A stretch of 64,000 bases of DNA. Source: a virus. The translations under genes and the position numbers were made by a program. The notes under the pieces were generated by a model. It saw nothing but the letters and a program-made list of their open reading frames with translations, was not told the DNA's origin and made no database searches. Location of the stretch: IMG/VR virus record IMGVR_UViG_3300049215_000223, positions 1 through 64,000 of that record; one strand, given 5' to 3'. This document shows positions 56,308-64,000 of the stretch, one piece after another. Each line of letters begins with the position of its first letter. Within the stretch, counting starts at the first letter, position 1.

Positions 56308-56799
56308 ATGTATAAGGATTATCTTAGAAGACTTCCTACAGCAAAAGGTTTTGGAGTTTTCACAACAGTAGTTATTCCTGCCAAAGTACCTATTGTAGAA
56401 TTTAAAGGTGATTTGTTTTTAACAGATCAAGTTAAACATGATAGTGAATATATTCTTCAGATTGGTATCAATACCTTTTTAGGTCCATCCGGAGAAATAG
56501 ACGACTATATTAATCATAGCTGTAATCCGAATTGCTTAGTTCATATTGTTGGTAATAGAGCTATACTTTATTCCATGTATCTCATTCCAGCTAATATAGA
56601 ATTAACCTTTGATTATTCAACAACTGCTACCGACACTCCAGAAGAGTGGAGCATGTCTTGTCAGTGTGGATCTTCCAATTGCCGAAGAACAATTAGCGGA
56701 TATAATACATTAGATCGGCAGGCAAAGGATAGTTATAAGAATGCTAATGCGCTTCCGTTGTACATAACTAATCCAAGTATGGTTCAAAAGAAATTCTAA
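56308..56799 (+). CDS. SET-domain methyltransferase with post-SET Cys cluster
   Basis: GFGVF, YINHSCNPNC, ELTFDY, CQCGSSNCR. Confidence 0.92.
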   Translation: MYKDYLRRLPTAKGFGVFTTVVIPAKVPIVEFKGDLFLTDQVKHDSEYILQIGINTFLGPSGEIDDYINHSCNPNCLVHIVGNRAILYSMYLIPANIELTFDYSTTATDTPEEWSMSCQCGSSNCRRTISGYNTLDRQAKDSYKNANALPLYITNPSMVQKKF

Positions 56800-56814
56800 T
56801 ATTTAAGAGGAAAG

Positions 56815-57468
56815 ATGAGTTTATTATATTATGTAATCGATACAGAAACTACTGGATTAAAAGCTGGCTATAATGAAATGACCGAAATAGGTATCATACG
56901 TTGTACAGATCGTGTGCAACTATGGCGACAAATCAGATGTGAATATCCTGAAAGAGCAAACTTCGATGCTCTTGCCATTACCAAAAAGACTATGGCAGAT
57001 TTGGATAAAGGGTTTAACAAAGAAGCAGTAGTTGGAGAGTGTAATAAGTTCTTTGCAGAAGATGGGGCAACTTCGGCTCATCGATGCATCGTCGCACACA
57101 ATGCACCCTTTGATAGGCGCTTTTTGCATGCTCTTTGGGAATCATGTGGTTTAGAATTTCCAGCCAACTTATGGCTAGATACCATCGCCCTAACTAAGGA
57201 CTACGCCAAGAAAGTAGGGCTGGTTGCACCAAATGTCAAGCAATCTTTTGCCTTACACCCAGCTTGTGACTTGGTGGGAATCAAAAAAATCTCTGAAGCT
57301 CACAATGCTAAAGTCGATAGTAGAAACACTTTCTTACTGCATCGCCATCTTGTGGAAGAGAAGAAATGGGATTACCTTCCTTTCGTCAAGACAGCTGTTC
57401 ATACTGTAACGACACAGCCAGTTGCAGATGATGATGAGGGATTAGATCCATCATTACTTGATTTATGA
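56815..57468 (+). CDS. DEDDh 3'-5' exonuclease (DnaQ/Pol III epsilon-like)
   Basis: IDTETTG, VAHNAPFD, HNAKVD. Confidence 0.9.
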   Translation: MSLLYYVIDTETTGLKAGYNEMTEIGIIRCTDRVQLWRQIRCEYPERANFDALAITKKTMADLDKGFNKEAVVGECNKFFAEDGATSAHRCIVAHNAPFDRRFLHALWESCGLEFPANLWLDTIALTKDYAKKVGLVAPNVKQSFALHPACDLVGIKKISEAHNAKVDSRNTFLLHRHLVEEKKWDYLPFVKTAVHTVTTQPVADDDEGLDPSLLDL

Positions 57469-58115
57469 AAAGCCCTAGCCTCGATAAACTGTACGCCATA
57501 TTAAATAAGCATATATTATTAGCTCAGTCTTATACTGAGATTGATGGATTAGAGTTTATCATTAAGTCTTGCAGATTAAAACCATATTCATACTTCTTTG
57601 AAGATAGAGATGAGAGAATAATTCTACATCGTCATTGGTTTGATGAGTTCGGAAATTCTATCAAAATAGATAAGAACAAAAGAGTTAGAATAGTCTATGG
57701 AGATCTTTCCTTGGATCAAAATAAGGCTGTGTGTACAGATTTGTACCATGGTCTGTCTATGGAGAAGGTTGCTAAGATGAGCAAGCTGGCTTATCTATTG
57801 GCGGGTAAAGATGAGGATTTGTACGAGGACTGTTTCTTTTTAACTTTCCTAGGGATTGACAATTATCTCAGGTGCTACACCTATCTGTATAATGAATGGC
57901 ATCAGGTTTCGCCATTGATACTAGGAATGAAGCATTTAAAAAACATCAGTAAAAACGCGGATATCAAGCATTTTCTGGAATTAAAAAACAAAGATAATAT
58001 GCCGGTACCTTGCATTTCGGTAAATGAATGGATAACATTGATGCCACCCAATGCCGAATTCACGGCAATTATCGAGAAGCAGCATGAAGTTGTCTCTCAA
58101 TTTTTTAGAAAGTAA
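57465..58115 (+). CDS. Hypothetical protein
   Basis: ATGA overlap; 216 aa. Confidence 0.65.
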   Translation: MKSPSLDKLYAILNKHILLAQSYTEIDGLEFIIKSCRLKPYSYFFEDRDERIILHRHWFDEFGNSIKIDKNKRVRIVYGDLSLDQNKAVCTDLYHGLSMEKVAKMSKLAYLLAGKDEDLYEDCFFLTFLGIDNYLRCYTYLYNEWHQVSPLILGMKHLKNISKNADIKHFLELKNKDNMPVPCISVNEWITLMPPNAEFTAIIEKQHEVVSQFFRK

Positions 58116-58118
58116 CGT

Positions 58119-58337
58119 ATGAATAACAGAGATAGACTGGAATTTGAAGGTGAAGTGCTCGATGCGAACAAAGGAAAATTTAAGGTCAAGGTTCATGAGA
58201 ACATGATCGTCCTTTGTACTTTGAGCGGAAAAATCCGCATGAACTCCGTTAAGATTTTAATCGGAGACAAAGTTAAAATTGAAGTTTCAGAGTATGATAC
58301 TACGCAGGGTAGAATAATTTACCGCATCAAAGCCTAA
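58119..58337 (+). CDS. infA: Translation initiation factor IF-1
   Basis: EGEV...FKVK...LCTLSGKIRMNSVKILIGDKVKIEVSEYDTTQGRIIYR. Confidence 0.92.
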   Translation: MNNRDRLEFEGEVLDANKGKFKVKVHENMIVLCTLSGKIRMNSVKILIGDKVKIEVSEYDTTQGRIIYRIKA

Positions 58338-58461
58338 GCTTCTTTTCTAGGCGCGACAAAAAGCTAACCAACCTTTGCAAAAGCGAAGGGGCGGCGGCTG
58401 TCTGTGCAGAAACATGGGATGGCTCAACTAGAATACTATGTATATCTATACTCATGTGCTC

Positions 58462-58734
58462 TCAGGCGTCATCAAATTCTAATTTCTCTAAAGTTACCTT
58501 GATGTTAGGCAACTCCTTCAAAAGGTCCATATTTTCTTTTAGATCCTTAAGAAGGTAAGAGTCGTAGTCCTGTATCGAAAATAGATCAGGAAAGACTATT
58601 TCAACTTGTGGTAACAGGTAATCGACACTGGCGTGAAACCTAATGTCTTGAATTAAACCAATTTGGCGATCACCTACGAAAACTTTGGTGGTCCCAGTAG
58701 TTGGTCCTACAATTATCTTTAATTCTTTATCCAT
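58462..58734 (-). CDS. Hypothetical protein
   Basis: AGGAG RBS before MDKELKII. Confidence 0.6.
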   Translation of the reverse strand: MDKELKIIVGPTTGTTKVFVGDRQIGLIQDIRFHASVDYLLPQVEIVFPDLFSIQDYDSYLLKDLKENMDLLKELPNIKVTLEKLEFDDA

Positions 58735-58831
58735 CTTAAAACTCCTGATAGGTGGCAAAATAAACCACCATATATATACGATAATATGAGGGATGATATA
58801 GGTTGCGCGGTGCTCAAATTGCGGAGGCAAA

Positions 58832-59875
58832 ATGATTCGTGAAGGCTTAACATTTGATGATGTGCTACTTGTTCCTCAACACTCCACCGTAGAAAGTCGC
58901 TCCAAAGTAGACCTTTCTGTTACTTGGGGAGATTTACACTATAATCATCCCATTATTCCTGCCAATATGAAAACCGTAACTGGTTTAGAAATGGCAACAA
59001 AAGTAATTGAGAGTACTGGTCTAGCCATACTACACCGCTTCATGCCTATTGAAGAGCAAATACAGGCAGCAAAATTTTTAAACGATAAGTTCAAAAATAA
59101 GCATTTCGCAATGTCTGTAGGTGTAAAATCATCTGACCGTGAAGCAGTCAAACGCTTCATGGAAGTGGGTGTTAGGATGTTTTGCATCGATATTGCCCAT
59201 GGCGATTCCAAACATTGCCTGGATATGATTTCCTGGATTAAAAATAACAGCATGATGGGCGCCTTTGTAATTGCTGGAAACGTGGCTACAGGTCATGGAG
59301 CTAGACTATTGTGGGAAGCTGGCGCTGATGTAGTTAAAGTAGGCGTTGGTCCAGGCAGTTTGTGCACCACTAGGATTGAGACAGGTAATGGTGTTCCTCA
59401 GCTAACCGCCCTAATGGATGTAGCAGAGACTCAAAGACAATTACGAGAGCGTGAACGAGCTTCTAAATATCCAAATGAAAAACAGCGTACATTTCCATTC
59501 ATTGCTGATGGTGGCATCAAGAGTCCTGGCGATGTAGTCAAGGCTCTTTGCTTTGCTGATATGGTTATGGTGGGTAACATGTTCGCTGGTTGTGCAGAAA
59601 CACCAGGTCAAGTATTGTCAATAGATGGGCGCTCTTTCAAAGAATATGTTGGAAGCTCTACTCATAAAACAAACCGAGTGGAAGGTGTAGCTGCTATCGT
59701 TCCTATCAAAGGAACATTCCAAAGCGTCTTGAACAAGCTTATAGAAGGATTACAATCAGGCTGCTCATATCAAGGTGCCCATAATTTGGCTGAACTTAGG
59801 GATAATCCCGAATTTATTAGAATCACTGTAGCGGGATTAAAAGAATCCCACCCACATGATGTAATTTTAAAATGA
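58832..59875 (+). CDS. IMP dehydrogenase / GMP reductase family, no CBS domains
   Basis: LTFDDVLLVP, IDIAHG, AGNVAT, KVGVGPGSLCTTR, IADGGI. Confidence 0.9.
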   Translation: MIREGLTFDDVLLVPQHSTVESRSKVDLSVTWGDLHYNHPIIPANMKTVTGLEMATKVIESTGLAILHRFMPIEEQIQAAKFLNDKFKNKHFAMSVGVKSSDREAVKRFMEVGVRMFCIDIAHGDSKHCLDMISWIKNNSMMGAFVIAGNVATGHGARLLWEAGADVVKVGVGPGSLCTTRIETGNGVPQLTALMDVAETQRQLRERERASKYPNEKQRTFPFIADGGIKSPGDVVKALCFADMVMVGNMFAGCAETPGQVLSIDGRSFKEYVGSSTHKTNRVEGVAAIVPIKGTFQSVLNKLIEGLQSGCSYQGAHNLAELRDNPEFIRITVAGLKESHPHDVILK

Positions 59876-59882
59876 GGATAAC

Positions 59883-60098
59883 ATGCCAATCGCACTTAGA
59901 ATTGTATTAGCTATCGCCACTTTGCTTACTACTTTATTCCTATTGGGATTAGGTGTGTATGGATTAGTTACAGGATCAATAGGGCTAGCTATCACCTGCC
60001 TGTTTATGGGAGCAGGTTTCGGTTATTTTGATTACATAGATTACAGATTCTTTTTCATGAAAAAGACTGTTGCAACGACACCTCCACCTAAAGAGTAA
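59883..60098 (+). CDS. Small two-TM membrane protein
   Basis: Two hydrophobic helices; GAGG RBS. Confidence 0.65.
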   Translation: MPIALRIVLAIATLLTTLFLLGLGVYGLVTGSIGLAITCLFMGAGFGYFDYIDYRFFFMKKTVATTPPPKE

Positions 60099-60103
60099 GT
60101 AAT

Positions 60104-61000
60104 ATGAATGGGGAAGAATTAAGTTATTTACAACTACTGGGAGAGATCTTACATAAAGGCTCTCAGCGCGAGGATAGAACTGGTGTTGGTACCATTGGAT
60201 TATTTGGAACTCAGCTAAGATTCTCTTTGGAGAATAGTAAAGTTCCCATGCTAACTACCAAAAAGATGTTTACCAAAGGTGTAATTGAAGAATTGTTATT
60301 CTTCCTACGCGGTGAGACAGACACAAAGAAACTAGAAGCCAAAGGTGTTAACATTTGGAAAGGTAATACGAGCCGAGAATTCCTTGACAAAAGAGGACTT
60401 CAGCATCTACCCGAAGGTAGCATGGGTAAAGGTTATGGCTTTCAGTGGAGAAACTTTGGCGGATATGTCGATCAGGTAAGTGATGGCGGCATTGGATATG
60501 AACTATATGATATTCCAGGTATCGATCAATTAAAGAGTGTTATTAATACCTTAAAGTATAATCCAACCGATAGGCGCATAATCATGTCAGCCTGGAATCC
60601 ACAACAGCTACCAGAAATGGCACTGCCACCATGCCACATGATGGTTCAATTCTATGCTGATGCTGGTAAGTTGTCAGCCCAATTCTACATGCGCTCCGTA
60701 GATACCTTCCTAGGGCTCCCATTCAATTTATTAAGTTATGCCATCCTGACCCACATCATTGCCCATACCGTGGGCATGGAAGCGAAGGAGCTGGTGTTTG
60801 TGGGCGGCGATACCCATATTTATCAGAACCACATCCAGCAGGTAGTTCAGCAGATTAGCCGAGAGCCTTATCCATTCCCAACTATGAAAATAAATAAGAG
60901 CTTGACTTGCGTTGAAGACATAGAAGCCTTACAATTATCAGACTTTGAATTTATTGATTATCAATGCCACCCTGCAATTAAAGCAGAAATGGCAGTATGA
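60104..61000 (+). CDS. thyA: Thymidylate synthase
   Basis: DRTGVGT, EELLFFLRG, YGFQWR, RRIIMSAWNP, LPPCH, RSVDTFLGLPFN, DTHIY. Confidence 0.97.
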   Translation: MNGEELSYLQLLGEILHKGSQREDRTGVGTIGLFGTQLRFSLENSKVPMLTTKKMFTKGVIEELLFFLRGETDTKKLEAKGVNIWKGNTSREFLDKRGLQHLPEGSMGKGYGFQWRNFGGYVDQVSDGGIGYELYDIPGIDQLKSVINTLKYNPTDRRIIMSAWNPQQLPEMALPPCHMMVQFYADAGKLSAQFYMRSVDTFLGLPFNLLSYAILTHIIAHTVGMEAKELVFVGGDTHIYQNHIQQVVQQISREPYPFPTMKINKSLTCVEDIEALQLSDFEFIDYQCHPAIKAEMAV

Positions 61001-61332
61001 TTACTAGAAAATTGAAATCTATGTCTAATACTCCTATGATTGTTACCAGCGGATTTACCAGCACTCACTTGTTCTTCTATCATGAAGGTGCTGCTGTGAA
61101 GATTTATCGTAATAGATTAGTAGTCACTGGAAGCCTTAAGAATGCCGCATTTGCACTTGCTAGAGATGTGTTGAATGATAAAGCAGTTTCCACAAGCTGG
61201 AATAACATACTTGAAGCTAATCGTAGTTCTGGCAAATATGTATTGAAATATTTAAAAAATAATAAACCAGATTTTTTTGATGAGCTTAATCAACATTTTC
61301 AAAGAATTTGTAACATGAAAGCATTTTGGTGA
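60997..61332 (+). CDS. Hypothetical protein ending RICNMKAFW
   Basis: ATGA overlap; tail resembles the RLxxLxAF family. Confidence 0.6.
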   Translation: MITRKLKSMSNTPMIVTSGFTSTHLFFYHEGAAVKIYRNRLVVTGSLKNAAFALARDVLNDKAVSTSWNNILEANRSSGKYVLKYLKNNKPDFFDELNQHFQRICNMKAFW

Positions 61333-61336
61333 AACT

Positions 61337-61774
61337 ATGCGTGTTAATGGAAGTTTTACAGATAATTATAATAGACTGTTAGAGATGAATAAGCAATTGG
61401 GTGATGATGTTGAAGAGCATCTATTAGTATGGGCGCGCGATGTAGTGGACACTTTAAAAGCGCTTAATAAAAAAGCTACCTATAAAGTAGTTATTACTTT
61501 AGAGCCCAACCCTTCTGATGAAAAGGGTACCGATAATGCTAAAATAGAAGTATGGCAAACTGATCAAAGTGAAATGGAAGTTACTCTCCAGGACCACTAT
61601 TGGGTTGGCGCTCAACACAAACCATTCATTAAAGTAATGTCTGGCAGGCGCGATAATTTAGCGACTTGTATTAAAGAAGTTAATGAACGCATGGACAATA
61701 TTGCTAAAAGATTAGCAAGCTCCGACATCATTGAAAAAGATGGCAAGAAATATAGATTGGTGGAAATCAAATGA
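61337..61774 (+). CDS. Hypothetical protein
   Basis: ATGA overlap with DHFR. Confidence 0.6.
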   Translation: MRVNGSFTDNYNRLLEMNKQLGDDVEEHLLVWARDVVDTLKALNKKATYKVVITLEPNPSDEKGTDNAKIEVWQTDQSEMEVTLQDHYWVGAQHKPFIKVMSGRRDNLATCIKEVNERMDNIAKRLASSDIIEKDGKKYRLVEIK

Positions 61775-62307
61775 TTGGAATTATAGCTGCAGTAACACAA
61801 AATGGCGTAATCGGTGTCGAAAACAAATTGCCCTTCGACTATCCTGAAGACATGAAACACTTTAGAACTACGACAGCAAACTCTACTATTATCATGGGAC
61901 GTAAGACTTTTGAAGGTATCGGAAAGCCATTACCAAAGAGACGCAATATTGTCATCAGCCGAACAAAAGTAGATGTGCCGGGTGTTGAAACTTTTCCAAG
62001 TATTTCTGCTGCCGGGGATGCTGGTGCATTCCATGCTTTAGAAGTACAATTTACAAATGAAAAAACTGGTGAGGTAAAGATTATCCCTCAACCCAATACT
62101 TGGTTTATTGGTGGAGCCTCAATATATGAAGAGGGCATGCAACATGCTCACAAGATTGTTCTCACCCTAACGCCTGATGTAGAGCTACGTACCCCTGCCA
62201 TTAAGTTTCCCTGGATCAATCCAATGAAGTTTTCGCTCGACAGCGTGATGCCACTTTCCGAAGGTAGTGTTTTACGACTAGCCACTTATACGGCAGTTAG
62301 TGTGTAA
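61771..62307 (+). CDS. folA: Dihydrofolate reductase
   Basis: IIAAVTQNGVIG..NKLPF.YPEDMKHFR, IIMGRKTF, PLPKRRNIVIS, FIGGASIY. Confidence 0.93.
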   Translation: MIGIIAAVTQNGVIGVENKLPFDYPEDMKHFRTTTANSTIIMGRKTFEGIGKPLPKRRNIVISRTKVDVPGVETFPSISAAGDAGAFHALEVQFTNEKTGEVKIIPQPNTWFIGGASIYEEGMQHAHKIVLTLTPDVELRTPAIKFPWINPMKFSLDSVMPLSEGSVLRLATYTAVSV

Positions 62308-62785
62308 AAGTAGAAACAACTGTAATATTAATCAGAGTGTGACCACTTGGAGGATTGGTATTTGGTGATCCGATCCCAACCCAAGTTTCATAAACAGCGC
62401 CCGCAACATAGTAGCCTTGCATCTTGTAGTAAGTAATCTCTACTATTCCAGTAATGGAACCAATACTCGCTATACGACCAGAGATAACAGCTCCTTCTGG
62501 CACATCAGCTGCACTTTGCGTCGTACTAAACTCAGCATATACCTGACCTTGGCTAGTTCCAATGTTATTATTAATACGTCCAGCTGGTGTCAGTTTAGAT
62601 GTTAAACCAACTTGAGCATCTGATTGCAGATTGGGCTGTAGCTGTCCAATAAGTATTTGATCATTATAAGAATCACCTTGCGCTCCAGAAGAGGATAGTG
62701 CTGGAAAGGCAGTGCCAGACCTTCCCAAAGGTGAAATTGGGCTGCTTAATCCAGTATGTGCTATATTCCAATCAGTTGATGCCAT
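62297..62785 (-). CDS. Probable virion structural protein
   Basis: G/S/T-rich; ends YYKMQGYYVAGAVYETW...PPSGHTL. Confidence 0.45.
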   Translation of the reverse strand: MASTDWNIAHTGLSSPISPLGRSGTAFPALSSSGAQGDSYNDQILIGQLQPNLQSDAQVGLTSKLTPAGRINNNIGTSQGQVYAEFSTTQSAADVPEGAVISGRIASIGSITGIVEITYYKMQGYYVAGAVYETWVGIGSPNTNPPSGHTLINITVVSTFTH

Positions 62786-62789
62786 TTAT

Positions 62790-64000
62790 TTATGCCTGTA
62801 CTTGTACTGATACTCCGTCCCAAGGACCGATTACGAAAGCATAGGTTTGTGTGGTGTTAGCATTAGCTAGCTGTAACCAAAGTTTACCACCATATAGATC
62901 GCCACCAACTCCACCCTGAACAGCTTTCAGCCAACGACAACTTCCCTTACGAATTTTGCCTACAGGTGTAGCTCCAGTTAAAAGTGCTTGGTACGAAATA
63001 CACCATACATCTTCTAAAACGTAAGTATCATTATATGTATTTGCCAGTTTTTCTCTATCATAGTTATTTTGTGAGATAACTACAGTAGCCGAGGCTTGAG
63101 CAGTCATTAGACCAAATGTTCCATTTTGAAACGAATCATTGACTCCACCCCAACCACGCCTTCTCCAGAATCTAAAGTAATTATTTCCAATTGAAACATT
63201 TTGTGGTTGCCACAAATCTTGGCTTGCTGTTGTAAAGGTTGTAGTTTGAGCGGTTCTACTTGGGGTGAATATCGCATCAGCAGTTGGGCAATACCAAACA
63301 TATGGATCCACGTCGCCATCTTCTTGGTTATCAACTCGTGTAAATGCAAATCCCATGTACGAGCCAGCATTCACAAATGGCGTTCCAATTGCCAGAGTAA
63401 AAGAGCCGTCAGCTGATACTCCAGTACCATAAACATTGTTTACTGCAACAATAGCAGCTTTTCCTATATTATTAATGCTAGTTGAGTTACCAAACCAGTT
63501 AGAGGGCGTGTTTACACCACCGGTACCTTCAATTACAAATGTTCCGGCAGTTGGAAATCCATTATTAGTACCTCCGCCCGCAGGTGCGATGATTCCCGTA
63601 CATCCGGTACTTGTAGATAAACTAGAGAATCTAGAAGTAGATTCTGCATAACCATCTACGCACTGATAATATACTGTGCCCGATGTGGTAGTATTTTGTT
63701 TCCAGATAACAATTTCCCTGAAAAATTCAATTGCTGTTGCACTTGGCGTCACTGAAGCGCCCGATAAATCTCCAGTGATAACGTGAGTGTGATCCCAGCC
63801 ATGAGGGTCTGCTCCATATCCATCTACACGAGGTTGTACTACCAAATAACCTTGTCCTTGCGCAACTGAACCGCCTGTGGACATAGTTCCTGTACCACCA
63901 GAACATCCAGTAAAGCTGATTCCATTTGTTCCAGTATAGGTAACGGTCTGAACTCCAGCATTTGTAGTTACTAAAATAGTTCCTGAAGAGTAAAATCCAG
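62790..64000 (-). CDS. Probable virion/tail-associated protein, 5' end outside the window
   Basis: Frame stays open past the track start at 63884 to the window edge (...QTVTYTGTNGISFTGCSGGTGTMSTGG); G/T/S-rich beta composition. Confidence 0.55.
   Translation of the reverse strand, partial: GFYSSGTILVTTNAGVQTVTYTGTNGISFTGCSGGTGTMSTGGSVAQGQGYLVVQPRVDGYGADPHGWDHTHVITGDLSGASVTPSATAIEFFREIVIWKQNTTTSGTVYYQCVDGYAESTSRFSSLSTSTGCTGIIAPAGGGTNNGFPTAGTFVIEGTGGVNTPSNWFGNSTSINNIGKAAIVAVNNVYGTGVSADGSFTLAIGTPFVNAGSYMGFAFTRVDNQEDGDVDPYVWYCPTADAIFTPSRTAQTTTFTTASQDLWQPQNVSIGNNYFRFWRRRGWGGVNDSFQNGTFGLMTAQASATVVISQNNYDREKLANTYNDTYVLEDVWCISYQALLTGATPVGKIRKGSCRWLKAVQGGVGGDLYGGKLWLQLANANTTQTYAFVIGPWDGVSVQVQA

Noticed and set aside
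58338-58460. Riboswitch after infA (hairpin CCTTTGC-AAAA-GCGAAGG)
   Set aside because: It does not match the c-di-GMP, ZTP or purine riboswitch consensus as I recall them, and it lies between convergent genes rather than in a 5' leader.
1-64000. Stop-codon reassignment (suggested by phage RF2 and in-frame stops)
   Set aside because: TAG ends genes at conserved positions (52253 after LLFS; both copies of the NTase C-terminus), TGA ends most array genes, and TAA is used throughout. The interruptions involve different codons and frameshifts.

Overview
This 64-kb window looks like a segment of a large (jumbo-like) tailed dsDNA phage genome. A Myxococcota-like host is inferred from Cys-rich lipoproteins, an FGE/SUMF1-family lipoprotein, sigma54-type sites and GC-rich early genes; this cannot be proven from the window. 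Three zones. (1) 1-33.1 kb: dense leftward accessory/early genes, including an Rnl2 RNA ligase, a putative nucleotidyltransferase, matrixin, DUF2786, GNAT, a deaminase, HNH remnants, degenerate and mini tRNAs, and a family ending GWxSSxxC. This zone carries 21 co-oriented copies of a 15-bp motif (CCCATCGCCMAACGG on the minus strand) at gene boundaries and 7 copies of a 35-bp palindrome made of two face-to-face sigma54 -24/-12 boxes. (2) 33.1-33.96 kb: an AT-rich non-coding divergence hub with a sharp GC drop. (3) 34-64 kb: two lipoprotein proteases, then a 17.5-kb array of about 32 translationally coupled paralogs with an N-terminal CxxC, a hypervariable core and a conserved C-terminal K[IL]KT[YL]LxF[SL] tail. 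RF2, a GIY-YIG endonuclease, a kinase-like gene and the FGE protein are interspersed. A nucleotide-metabolism/translation cluster follows (dUTPase, HD hydrolase, SET, DEDDh exonuclease, IF-1, IMPDH/GMPR, ThyA, DHFR), then the edge of a probable virion gene. All calls come from reading motifs by eye; no database search or folding was run.
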